DNA of 62,955 nt, counting the filler, from Hausera hauseri (Eukaryota), in assembly GCA_046269625.1 (NCBI GenBank). It is 9 parts of 9 records of this genome, joined end to end, with 100 filler letters (N's around TTAATTAATTAA, not from the genome) between each part and the next. Parts side by side here need not be neighbours in the genome. Positions count along the whole stretch, not along the records: positions 35,718 to 44,108 come from JBJURY010658774.1; positions 44,209 to 49,011 come from JBJURY010429919.1; positions 49,112 to 53,053 come from JBJURY010869849.1; 6 more parts are not named here. One strand, written 5' to 3'. The notes under the pieces were generated by a model. That model saw only the letters and a program-made list of their open reading frames with translations. It was not told the DNA's origin and made no database searches. Every line of letters begins with the position of its first letter. Within the stretch, counting starts at the first letter, position 1. Shown here piece after piece: positions 37,435-49,864 of this stretch. The translations under genes were made by a program, and so were the position numbers.

Positions 37435-39420
37435 TGTGGCGCCCACAGCGGCCGGTGCCCTTTGGCCCATTTGGTTGGACACGGCCGGGCCTCCGTCGCC
37501 GCCGCGTCGGTCCCATAGTGGACCCCGACTTTCCGCCTCGAAAGAGTATCCATGATACCAAGGCCTCAGTACGTTATCGTTCCCTTCCGACAAATGCGGA
37601 CGTCAATGCTGGATTGTGTAAATTGATTTATCAAATGCTGCTCATTGATCCTCGACAGAGACCGGCAATTTCGGAAATACTCAGTTAAGTCAGAGTGCAG
37701 GCGATATCGGCCAACATTTTACTGAAACCGTCGATAATGTTCGATAAAGGATCCTTGAGTTTTTTTGCCTCTGCTTGTACTTTTTCCAAACAAAGAAGAA
37801 TCTCCGCATACAACAAATTCACCGAAACATTGTCCAGCACGTTAAGCAACACAACACCAGCCACCAATTCCGAAACAACCATTACCAAGTTAACCAGCAA
37901 CGAAGCCGAAAGTTAATCAAGTCGGTATGTCATCATCGTTCGAATTTCAAACAGCCGGACTGACGAAATCGTCCATTGGTGCACAAAACAATTGACCGAT
38001 GAATGCTAATAATGATGGAAAAATGTATTTGGGTTTTTGAAAGAAGGTACCGGAAGTTTAATGAAAAGTATTCTGGATGCATCGAATAAGGTTATGGAGC
38101 AAGTGTTTGCTTCGATCAACAAGACGGAACTCGACATTCACTACGTTACTTCCAGAATAATTATTATGCCGTCTCCCGGTGAAACAGGAATCGATACCAT
38201 TACTCGGGACAAACTCGATGATATTCGAACATATCTAGAGTTCAGACACACTAATCAGTATTTTATTTACAATTTCAGTTTTCGATTGCTGAAAACTAAA
38301 AATCAAAGAAAGAGTTCTCCCGAATGGGTTTCGACTTTGCCAAGCTACCACAATTGAATACACTTGTCCAACTATGCATACATCAATTTGTGTGGTTGTC
38401 GGAAAATCCGAAAAATGTTGTCATAATTCAGAGCAAAGATGGTCGCACAACGTCAGGAATGAATGTTGCAGCTCTTCTGTGCTTTTGTCCATTGATTGAC
38501 ACCAGTGTTGGTGCACGAGATATTGTGAAATTTCGACGAGCTGATGTCCAGTTTACTGCATTACAGTACAGATACATCGACTACGTCTGTCGATTGGTTT
38601 GTTCCGCATCAGAACCATCCATTTCGCTTGATATTCCGCAATCAAAATTCGATTTTGTACTATTAAAAATCTAAACAATTATTTCTTCAATCAAAATTTT
38701 GAAAATTTTCGATCATTATATTATTTGATAGCCATTTAGATGTGGTAATTTAGGTTTCTTGATTTCAAATTAGCACTTCATATTTACCACTGATGAAATG
38801 TTCAAATATGTAAAGATTGCCAAATTTTACAACGTTCACATCGTTGTATGTTAATGCGTCACTTTTTTCGCGTCTTATACATGTTCCCTTTATATTTATT
38901 GACAGTTTTCTGTTATTCTAATATTTCATATACTCATTTTCAGTTGCTGTGGTAAATTTTTCCAAAGAAAAAAAACAGAAATTGTACATAAATCAGAATC
39001 CTCATCAGAATAATGACGTTCGATTGTGACTACTGTAAACATTTTGACAAAATAAAGTTATTTTTGTCAAAATCAGAACTGTTATAGTTATGAATGTTTT
39101 GTCTATGTATGTATGTATTTGTGCGTTTGTGTAAATACTTCTGTCTGAATATTTGGAATTTTTCTACATAGTCGTTTTGATCTTTTTTGTATTCGACAGA
39201 TATTAAATTTGTTTTAATAAACACAATATTTGTGGGCTTTATGAATTTGATTTTTGGTATTACCATATTGGAATTTTGTCTTCGATCTGATTTTTTTCAT
39301 TTAAATTTTGAATTAACAAATCGTTGTAGCCATTTTGATGATTTTTTATTCAACTGAATTTTTAGTTTTGACAAGTTCTATCTTACCCTCGATACATGGA
39401 TATTATTCAGCAAGATAATA
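37435..39420 (+). mobile_element. Solo-LTR-like insertion with 5-bp TSD (CAGAT 37430-37434 / 39421-39425) carrying host gene fragments
   Basis: The uninterrupted PolB copy 2 reads GAAAACAGACAGTCC across the site. The insert starts TGTGGCGCCCACAGCGGCC, 16/19 identical to the post-PPT LTR start at 55816. Confidence 0.8.
37520..38674 (+). pseudogene. GAK: Intronless cyclin G-associated kinase (GAK)/auxilin fragment: kinase C-lobe end plus PTEN-like domain
   Basis: LIYQMLLIDPRQRPAISEIL, then LKEGTGSLMKSILDAS.KVMEQV..ELDIHYVTSRIIIM..YFIYN..WLSENPKNVVIIQSKDGR..QYRYIDY. Confidence 0.8.
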
Positions 39421-41944
39421 CAGATAGTCCGGCATATGTGGTCTATGCCGATATCGAGGCAATCCTACCGCAGCACAACGTATACGATCAAAAGCACATT
39501 CTAATCGCCGTCGGTATGTTGGTTGTTTCAATAAAAGCTGCAGGACAACTGCAATATTACGTTTTTCATGGCTGGAACTATGTACGCGATTTCCTGTAAC
39601 AGTTGGAAATGATTGTGGAAACGGAAATCTTACCGTGGTACAGTAACAATAGCACTAAGCCCTTGATATCGACAAACGAATATAAACTACTGCTCTTTGC
39701 TGCCACCGATGAATGTTACCACTGCCACAAAATATTGCCTTTTCATGAACAGGAACGGCTCGTACCGGACCATGATCATTTCAACGGTCGACATTTTGGA
39801 GCAGCATGCAACGCACGCAATTTAACAAGGCGTGTGCGGATATTTCTACCGATAATCTTTCATAATTTCCGAGGTTATGATTGTCACCATATATAGACAT
39901 GGGCCATCAACGGATTCCCGCACTGGGAACTATCCATAATCCCAACAACAATGGAGAAGTATTTGTCCCTGTCAGAACGCATAAGCCTGTTCCACGTACG
40001 CTTCCTTGGTTCATTGCAATTTCTCAATAAATCATTGGCAAAGCTGGTAAATGCCTTGCCGGATGTGCCGATACCCTCAACGCAGTTCATCACACATACT
40101 GCACGCAGCAAAGGCATATATCCATATGACTTTGCAACATGATATGAGCGACTGCGGACAGCAGAGGAATTACCCCCACGATGGACAGGCATCACAGAAG
40201 ATGAATATCGGAGAGCACAAGAATCTTGTACTTATTAGCCGATGTGTTCCAAACGTTTCGAGCGAAAGCGTTGGCGGAAGATAGCTTGAACCACTCAACT
40301 TTTACTCAATACCCGGAATGAGTTGGACATCAGCTCTGATGTCACTGGATCCGGATATCGAGCTATTGCAAGACCCGAAAAATACCAAATGTTTGATGTT
40401 GTTATTCGGGGCGTCATGACATTTGTCAACAAGCATCACGTAACTAGTGATGATACCACATCACTGTTGTATATCGGCATTAATAACCTGTGCGGCTGGG
40501 CGCTTTCACAATCCTTGCCGTATGGTTCATTCAAATGGGTAGTCAACAAACAGGACATGAACACAATACTGGAAATGCGTCAAGAATGGACACGACAACA
40601 GCAAAAAACAGCTGAATCGGATACCTGATAGAGGTCGATCTTGTGATACCATATGAGCTTCGTGACGTTTTGGACGATTTACCAATCCACCATTTAACCA
40701 ATGTCCACCAGGTTCGAAGGTGAAAAGGCTGCTTATGACGCATAAACCCAAGCAAAATTACATAGTTCATTGGCGTCTGTTGCAATTTTACATGCAGTTG
40801 GGTGTACGCCTCGCACGGCTACATCGCGCAATCCGATTTGCTCAGGCTCCCATATTCAAGACGTACATAGGTGGAAATTCGGAGAAACGAGCCGCAGCTT
40901 GTAAAAAGTTTGAAAAGGACTACTACAAGCTGAAAAACGATTCTTTCTATGGAAAAACAGTGGAGAATGTGAAAACGCGTCTCAATGTCCGCCTATGCAA
41001 TAGCGAAAAGCAGTTGGTCATGTACACGAGTAAGGAGCAGTTTCGGCGGTCAATGCACATTGCCAATAGATTGGTTGCTTTGCTGTTAAACAGAGAAGTC
41101 GATCTGGACCGGCCAAGTTACATCGGACAAGTGGTACTGGACTTGAGCAAGTTGGAATGTATGAGCTGCAGTATCGCGATTTGGCACGTTACTGGCAAAT
41201 GTTTGGCGGCGGCGGCGTCATGATCAAAATAATCGCCAGTGACACAGATAGTTTTTTCTTAAAACTGGAAAACGCCAATCGAGAACAACTACTGCAGCAA
41301 ATGATGACAGACGGATTACTGGACACGTCAAATTACCCACAGAATCATTCATTATAGAGCAGTGCTATCACAAACAAAATCGGCTGCTTCAAGGATGAAA
41401 GTAAAGATCGGGTTCAGTATCGGGAATGGGTATTTCTACGGCCAAAATGTTATAGTTTGTTAACTGACTGTGAATCTAAAATGCGCACCAAAGGAGTTCA
41501 GTTGGCCCAGACGGAAATAAATCACGGTGATTATCGCCGTGTCTATGAAGAAGAATGAGGAAAATCAAGATCTGTTGTGTCTCAAACGATCATCCGATCG
41601 ATTCAGCACCAGCTGTATACGGTAACCAATACAAAAGTCGCTCTATCATGCAATAATGATAAGCGTAAGTGGGTGGGGCAAAATAAGAGTTGGGCGTACA
41701 GACATTGGCGTTTGGAATAAAACACGCACTCATGAATTCGGTGCAGACAGATCAAATTACTGTGATAATTCACTGTGATCTGCTTGTTTTGTATAAATAA
41801 TGTATATTATTCGTTGTTTTTGCCTTTTGTTTTATTAACATTTAATTTATCTATTTAATTTAATATGACGAGAAACAATATAAAAAACATACAAAATCAA
41901 TAAAATTTATTAATCATCATAAGCTAACATCCAAAACAAAGTAA

Positions 41945-42413
41945 ATTGAATCAGCGTAATCTTTTCCAGCTTCCATATTGGTGATTTAACGCCGTACAGA
42001 TCCTTGTGTCATTTCAACTTCAATGTTATAAGGCCTTTAGCTCCTTCCGGCGACGAAGCTGCTGCCGCTGTTGCTGCTGCTGTTTCTCCGCCATGTGAAC
42101 TCACAATTTTCGCCATATTTCCTTTGAGAAAAATGTACGATGTATCTCGGATATCGTTACTCAACGCCAAGTCACTGTCAACTTTTGTAATTGTGTCTTC
42201 CATTGTATCCAAATCATCGTCACTGATCTTTTCTACCAATTTACCATATTTCACCAGTTTGATTTTGACCGTTTGCATCAGTGGCACTTGAATAGCGTTG
42301 CGCAGATAATGTAAGTTGTATCCATTATATAACCGCGAATTTCTGAGCAAATATTCGCTATACCGTGGCTTTTTTGAGAGACTATGACCTGCTGAACTGT
42401 TTTCAAAAGACAT
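41945..42413 (-). CDS. ORF-X (copy 2), unknown function; 3' end frameshifted
   Basis: 134-aa ORF homologous to 32102-32563 and in the same position convergent to PolB. Confidence 0.65.
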
Positions 42414-42575
42414 TGTTAAAAAAAGACGAACGTGAACTGGAATTGCATCTCTATTTATATATAATGTTTGTTTTCACTGTAAACAATAGACATTTACTTT
42501 GTGAGTATTGTCTCATATCACAATGATACAAATTACTTCCACGTCATTGAAGCCCATGTTTTGCTATTGAAGAAG

Positions 42576-43054
42576 TCACTGGTAATAAATGTGTACAATT
42601 TCCATTATAGCACATTTACATTCTGGACATTGGTGGGTTGTTACTTTAGTGGTAGAGCACATTTGACAAATAACAAGATGGCCGCGCATTAAGAATACCG
42701 CATCCACTTTTCTTCGTTTACATAGTACGCACATAAACTGACAGTCTCGTACTTTGTCCATTATTTTCTCTTTCAAGTTCTTTAATTTACCGCGTACCTT
42801 TTTATCAGTATTAGAGTAATTTGTATCGTACAATCGGTGAATGTACATTTGATTTTACACAATAATTAGATTTTCTATAGAGCTGCAATCTGCTGTTGCT
42901 GTCATCAATGCTATTGACGCTAAATCCTTAAATCCAAATTCACCTGCTACTTTCACAACCAGCTCACTATTAAGTATTTTCCCCATCGTACCAAGTCTGA
43001 AATTGATAATCCATCAAAATTTTGCAATTGGTTCAGTTGATTAACTATTTCCAT
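42576..43054 (-). pseudogene. RING-finger protein (copy 2)
   Basis: CVLCKRRKVDAVFLMRGHLVICQMCSTTKVTTHQCPECKCAIMEIVHIY. Confidence 0.8.
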
Positions 43055-43165
43055 GATGATTAATATTATTTCCTACCTGTATTTATATTTTTTGAATTAT
43101 TCAATTGACCAACACGGCGGACCTTATTTACAGAAAGAAAGAAAGAAAGAAATATAGAAATACAT

Positions 43166-43642
43166 TTATTTATTTGCATGAAATATAGTCAAAACAAAGC
43201 CGTAGACATTTTTGTAAGCACAATGAGGTCCATGATCACGATAGGGACAACAAATATTGCAAGGTACCGTCGATGTTGAATACGTCGTCATTCGCAACTC
43301 GGGAAACTGCGAATACATTTGTGTAAACTTTTGCTCCACAATTTGATCTTTTATGTAAAATATCGTATTTTCAATGTCAAAACGATCGCAAATGTCTCCC
43401 ATAATACACAGTGCTCAAAGCGTTGAATTGCCTTAATACAAGTAAAGTCCATGACAATGTCGAAAGAGAAATCAATTTATAGTTTTCGCCTTTTCCATCA
43501 GGTCTTTCCACACAATACTGGGCTTGAATATGTACACAAGCGGTTCGAAAATGTTACCGACGTGCATAATGCATAATTCTTTTATCAGGTACCGGGAATT
43601 ATCATCTTGGAAAGCTTTAATATCTATAAATCCTGTCGCTAT
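43166..43642 (-). pseudogene. DEDD-like exonuclease (copy 2)
   Basis: Homologous to 30901-31380; C-terminal CPYRDHGPHCAYKNV. Confidence 0.7.
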
Positions 43643-43769
43643 TATTTATCTTGTATAAAATACTTTTTGTTTATAACACAAGCAAAGCAACTAACTAATA
43701 TAATTATTATTATCACAATCATTAAACATAGGTGGTTTTGTTTATATCATTAAAGCCAAATTCTTTGCG

Positions 43770-44108
43770 TTAATTTTGTGTTGTTGTCGATTCACTGACG
43801 CAAAATAATCCCCATTGTCCCGGTGACATTACACTGAATCCTGCATCTTCACAGCTAAGAAAAACGATTTGTGCGATTGCACTGCCTTTCGAAAAAGCAT
43901 ACGGTTCGCCGGATTGGTTTTCCAGTAACACTTTGATTTTACCACGAAAGTCCGAATCAATGACACCGCCGACAACCGTCAGTCCGAGCTTTGCCAGTCC
44001 GCTTTTAGATAACAGTTGGCCGTAGTAACCGGGTGGAATCGCCAATCGAATCCCAGTCGTTATACATTTGATTGTGCTGTCCGAAATTGTCGTATTGACA
44101 TTGGAAAA
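43770..44108 (-). CDS. dut: dUTPase (5' truncated by contig end; motif V altered)
   Basis: TGIRLAIPPGYYGQLLSKSGLA..GVIDSDFRG..IAQ (motifs II-IV). Confidence 0.9.
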   Translation of the reverse strand, partial: FSNVNTTISDSTIKCITTGIRLAIPPGYYGQLLSKSGLAKLGLTVVGGVIDSDFRGKIKVLLENQSGEPYAFSKGSAIAQIVFLSCEDAGFSVMSPGQWGLFCVSESTTTQN

Positions 44109-45519
44109 NNNNNNNNNNNNNNNNNNNNNNNNNNNNNNNNNNNNNNNNNNNNTTAATTAATTAANNNNNNNNNNNNNNNNNNNNNNNNNNNNNNNNNNNN
44201 NNNNNNNNTTTAATTGTTTTATATAGTTTCTATTCGATATTCGGTAGTAAATGTTAATTTGTCAAAAGTATTTTGACAAATTTTTCATCATAAAAGGTGT
44301 TTTAAAAGCTTGGTTTTTCATTTATAATAGTCAAAACTTTGGATGATGGCAATCGAATCGAGTTTTATCGAAAATTTAATTGTTGAGTAATATTAACGTA
44401 CAATTTCCTTTTCTTATTACTTTTGGACACCTCATTGATAACCTTTATAATTGTTTATACTAATGTACAAGATTGGACAATATAATTTGAAACAATTTGT
44501 TAACATATTCCTAGTAGTTGTTTATTACGTTACAAACTTTTATTATTGGTCTGGTAGGCATTCTTATATTTACATCTGCAGAACAAATGCTCGAATATTA
44601 CTTAATTGTAGAGGTGATTCTTTTGTTAATTTCTTCAAAGATTGAGTGTTATCCGGAAAGTTCGGAGAGGTCACATAGAAGAACAAAGATGAACATGTTA
44701 GAAAATAGGAAGCAGTTTGAAAGGCAACATTATGACTATAATCGGACAAATTCAGTTCGGTAAAATTGACACCATAAATCGAAATAATACACAGTTGGAA
44801 TTTATTGTGAAGAAGGATAAGGTGCATGGTCAGATTGCCGCCTCGTATCCTAATTTCCTCAATAAACTCCCTTTGTTGTCTTTTCTTAGGCAAATCAAGA
44901 AACAAGATACCTTCTATATCCAAAAATTCTGATATCAGCATCTTTATACTTAAATATTGAGCATGGGGACGAATTGGTGTTGGTTTATCAGTTTTCTTCC
45001 ATTACAATGAGTTTAATTTAGTCCAGGGATTAAAGTAATACTTTCATGATTCATGACCTGTTTCTAATCTGTTTAAACACATTTCAATCTACTCGATTTA
45101 AGCGATGGATCGATGGCAACATTTTACAAACTTTTGTAATCTTCAGATTATTATGGGCAATTTCACATAGCGGGTTTTAGAAATTTCAATATCTGCAGCA
45201 AGACTAGGCGGTCTTTTTAAATAATTTCGTCAATAGCATCAACAATTATATCATACAAGTACAAAGCATGTGAGATGGCATATGACTATGATCCATTCAT
45301 AATTGATGGAAATTTCTGACCTATTATTAAAAAAGTCTGTAGGTCAATGTTGTCAAATCGGAAGAACTGTATCCTGATTATATTCAGAATTACAAATTGT
45401 CAACATATAATCCTAAAGAGAATCCAATGTTGCCCGTTGAAACCAGTCCATTGAAATACGATCTAAATCTTATCGTTATCAACAAAATACGTGATTTGAA
45501 AGAAGCCAATCTTATTAAC

Positions 45520-45805
45520 GATTATCCAAATAAAACGTGTTTTGTCTACGATTATTGAATGAAAATCATATGAATGAGAGGAGCAATCATCCAGAATCAC
45601 CGAGGAGGAAACAGAAAATATACGAGCATTTACGAGACTGCGGATTGTTGCAGACTTGTAAACATTTGGAAACCAGACTGGCTACCAAGAAAGAGTTAAG
45701 TCTCATTCACAATATAGATTACATCAACCGACTCCAAGAAGTCTGTAAAGACTCTGCTGATATACATCAAAATTTTGAAAATGACTGCAATTCTATATAC
45801 GATTA
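45520..45805 (+). pseudogene. Intronless class IIb histone deacetylase (HDAC6/10-like) fragment
   Basis: NHPESPRRKQKIYEHL..GLL..C..LETRLATKKELSLIHNIDYI...NSIY; similarity ends abruptly. Confidence 0.75.
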
Positions 45806-46005
45806 TTGCTGGTATTCATTTATGAATTCAACGAATCCAGTAACATGCTTCTTTGCATCAACCAGCCGACGAAACGTTGTTTGTATTTTCGAAGCTTATA
45901 CCGGACAATTTCTTTGACTATGGAATTTAGCTACCAAAAAACGTCAGAGACAATCTGAACTCACGGCGAATCAACTGCCAAGATGGAGTCTACAGAGTCA
46001 TAAAA

Positions 46006-47670
46006 ATGCGTATTCGTCTGCTGAAGTTAGAAATTGTTGAGTCTACCATCAAAACGACATCACCAAGGCCTGCTCGTCAATTGCGCCAAAAGCCATTGGC
46101 ACCACCATCTCTCCAGAAACCAGAAAAATTGCCAAGAGATAGAAATTCGAAGCGCATTTTCTGTACAAGAAAAGAAAATCGCCGTAGCAGTGCAATAGCT
46201 GTATCAACAGAAGTAAAACCAAGACGCGTTCGGCAACTGCGGTCGCCAAGTAAAAATAAGAAATTCAGTCCATCGGTTGTGGGAAATTCTCCATTAATAC
46301 TAAAGCTTTCTTCAAAACTAGCACAGTCACCAAAGTGCGAGTCCCCGCCGCCGTCCAAATCGACCGGCAGCATAAAGTTACGACTGAAGCGTACTCAGGA
46401 AATATCAACTGTGACAGAAACGAAACAAGATGACAATGCATTCGAATACAGTCAGACCCCGATAACGTTAGCACCTCCGATGCAGCCTCGACAACGCTTC
46501 CAGCACGCTGTTTTACAGTTTAGTCCGATTCAGTTGAGTTCCGACAGTGAATCGGGTGCAGCGTATAATGAAATAAGCCGTCTTTCGCAGCGTCAGGAAC
46601 AGCGAGAACCTCTCGAGTCGACTTCTATTGATCAGGGTTGTTCATTTTTTCAACTTCCCGTTCCGTATCTAAAGGGCACCAATCCCACTGTATTCATGGA
46701 TCCTCACGAGGTTGATTTGGTAGTTGTCAACAACGCCATGTACAAAGAAGTGTGCAATGTAGCAGCAGATGCTCGAAAAGCGCTTGTAGACGTCGTGTGT
46801 GATAATATCTCCAGAGAAATGTTCGTGCCCGGTTGTTACGTTGATCAGAAAAAAGCCAGTTTATCTTGGCATTATTCGAGCCCATCGATGCCAGTTCTAG
46901 CTCCACAGGAACCGCATTCCGGTACTGGTGATGTGAATAAAGCAACTAGTATGTTTGTTTATGGCCAGACTGTGTCCAACCAAAATTTCCAGCCCTACTC
47001 AGATCCACCAGACCGTGTCCAACAATCGCCGTTGTGCATGGCTGCAACGTTCCAGTCGAATCAGTATACTTCCCAATCGCCGTTCTGCCAATAACAGCAG
47101 CCACAACAGGACCAGAACTACCACTATCCGTCTAGTGGAGGATACAATTACTCGTCTCAGTCCACGGGCCAAATGCACCCCTCACCCGTCTGCTCCAGCG
47201 CAGTGTGTTCCACTCAACTGCAGGACTATTCGAACTTTCAAAGTAGCGCACAACAATCGGTGCAGTCTTATTCTTCTTCCTGCGATCCGTTATCATTTTC
47301 ATCAATGCCGATTGCCACCTCCAATTATCCGTCGTCCGAATCTCACGTGTCTAAATATACCAAAAACAAATGGTCATCCAGTCGCAGTAAAGCACATAAG
47401 AATTCGGCTACCTCGAAATTTCGGACCCGCCGAGGCGAGGCTGAGGTCCCGGCCGCCCCCCCTGCATTGGTGGGTCAGACGGCGCCTTTCGCTGCCGCCC
47501 CACGACACGCCCTGGGCACACCACCTCATCTTATCTCCTTTTCTTTTTTTCTCAACAACAAACACATTAGCACACATACAGTAACACATTTAACACAGCT
47601 GCCATTCATGAAAAAATCTCTACCTCTCTTCACTCCTTCAATTTCTACATCACACATAATGGATCTCTAG
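46006..47670 (+). CDS. Long low-complexity (basic, S/P/Q-rich) ORF upstream of gag, with a single in-frame TAA at 47092-47094
   Basis: ORFs 46006-47094 and 47173-47670 are in the same frame with no other stop; product unknown. Confidence 0.5.
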
Positions 47671-47744
47671 TACCCCTAGCTGGAACTCTAAAATCTTCCT
47701 CAACCCACATCTGTCTTCATATTAATTTTTATACCTGTGATGGC

Positions 47745-49011
47745 ATGGATTTGTCACCCACAACTGATACCACAGACAAACTTACCAAACCACAAATCCC
47801 CGTCATTCATTTACCCAAACACAGCGCTTCCTCACTCATTCACCCTGCACAGAATATTTCCTTGACAGCCAAAATTCTACTCAAACTTGGCTAAAACTGC
47901 ACCAATTTTGGCTCCTATCACAAAACGTCGTCGAATCTTTATCCAAAGCTAACAGCCTCTTTTTCCACTTACCAGCTTCCATCAAAACTAAAATTACCAA
48001 TATCATCGATATCCTTCAGCACTCCGATCCATATGTTCAACTTTGCAATGCTGTTCTCAAGCTTACTGAGCCGTCAATCGATTCAATCATTCAAAGATTC
48101 TTTAACGACAACCCTATGGGCCTTCAGAAGCCTTCTGAATTCTTACTCACATCCTTGTTTCACCTCAACACCCTTGGCGTAATATCTGAGCATAGTTCAG
48201 AACTTATTCGTCGCTACTTCTTAAATGCATTGCCCCTTCAAATAAGAGCTTTGCTTACCGTGGTCGAAGGCTCCACGGCTCTGGACAAGCTAACCGAACT
48301 GGCAAACAAAGCTTACGAAGTACTGAACTCACACATAACACCAACTGTCTCTGCAGCATTAACAACAGACCAACAACAACAAAATGCAATGCTGCAGAAA
48401 CAAATTGCGCAATTACGCACAAAAATGAAATGTTACAAAAGACAATCAACACCATAAACAACAAACTAAACGAACTAACGCTGCCTCGACGGGTTTTTTC
48501 TAGGCTTGCTTTCCTTAATGTATTTAATCAACGTCAAAGACGGTCGCCTTCACCCGCGCGGTCATCTATTTGCTATTATCGTAGGAAATTTGGCAACAAT
48601 GCTCAAAAATGCTGAATCGGGTGTAAATTTTATTCATCTGATTTTAATACAAGCAACATCATTTGCATCTACCACTCAAAATTTGGCCCAAAAGCACACA
48701 AATGCCTACCTGGATGTACCTACAGCACACACAATAGGACCAACACTAATAAGCTCAGACAAAACAGTAAGCCAAACTCACCAGCTACAAAAAACTGATT
48801 TTGCCGCTAGGACACACGGCAAGTCCTAGCAAAGGCAACAACCTGCAAAAACATAGCCTGCATATTTCCTTTGCTGTATTCACGTTGGAAGCAGCAATCG
48901 TCACTCCAACAAAGCAAAATATTAACTTCTTTATACACACCTGCATAGCAATCTCTTTACTGCCACCAACACAACACATTCAAAACAATTATACTTCACA
49001 AAAGCAACTTT
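47745..49011 (+). pseudogene. Gypsy gag (decayed), truncated at contig end
   Basis: KPSEFL..LIRRYFLNALP..L.ELA.K; two CxYHxKFGxxAxKC knuckles; homologous to 57870-58850. Confidence 0.8.
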
Positions 49012-49111
49012 NNNNNNNNNNNNNNNNNNNNNNNNNNNNNNNNNNNNNNNNNNNNTTAATTAATTAANNNNNNNNNNNNNNNNNNNNNNNNNNNNNNNNN
49101 NNNNNNNNNNN

Positions 49112-49864
49112 GCATCCTCCAAAATACCAGCGATTTCCGACTTGCGATTTTCCAGAAATTGAACAATACTCCGGTTTTCTTCATCCGTTTGCGGTTCAAT
49201 TGAATATTCCCGTACTTTGCACTTCATGGCGTGTTTGACTGCCGTTCTTTTGCGTGGTGCCTTTTGGTATATTTTTTGTGCTGGCTTTGCCTTTCTTTTT
49301 CGATTTGAAGGGCCTGGTTCATCTATGTCAATAGCATCTGTTGTTGTTGTTGTTGGATCTTCCATTGCTTCCTTTAACAAATCTCGTTTTCTTTTTGATT
49401 GAAACTGACCCAAGTGTGATCCATGTTTATGAAGAAAATCCTCATAATTCGACGTTTCGCATGTTTGACATTGAGGACAAACAATATTGTACTTCGTCAT
49501 GCTTGATTCCGTAATGTAGCATACCACTTAGCATTATCTTGGACGTGATTTTTGTTGACGACGAGTGATCGGATGTTGAAGGTGATAATTCCGATGCCAA
49601 TTATATAGATATTTTTCTTTTTTATTATGTTTGAAATTGATTTAGGTGGCCATTGTGTTTCTTATAAAAGTCCATATATGGCATGTCATTTTGCGATCGG
49701 CATACTGGGCATATAAAAAATCCGTTTTGATGCATAATACTTCTGCATCTTATGGCACTTTTGGATCTTCGTGCTGGTTATTGGCACAATAATACATGTA
49801 CGTCTTACACTATAGCATTATATTAATAAAATTCAAAAACTGAAACAAATCTTACTTTAATCAT
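49112..49864 (-). pseudogene. N-terminus of Zn-finger PolB (copy 4), possibly with a 46-nt intron at 49810-49855
   Basis: Two CPxC..YxDF..HxxHLxQF repeats, then a PolB-type N-terminal segment KVREYSIEP..IVQFLEN. Confidence 0.7.

Larger units (their letters stand above)
35981..41720 (+). pseudogene. Zn-finger-led protein-primed PolB (copy 3), interrupted by a 1986-bp insertion
   Basis: Tandem CPxC..HxxH repeats, KGSGW, VNVQN..CFIYSIL, YADIEA, DHDHFNG, motifs A/B/C (SDTDSFF); colinear with copy 2. Confidence 0.93.

Noticed and set aside
47425-47510. GC-rich patch whose reverse complement weakly resembles the start of the GAK-bearing unit
   Set aside because: The similarity is short and gapped and cannot be supported without an alignment
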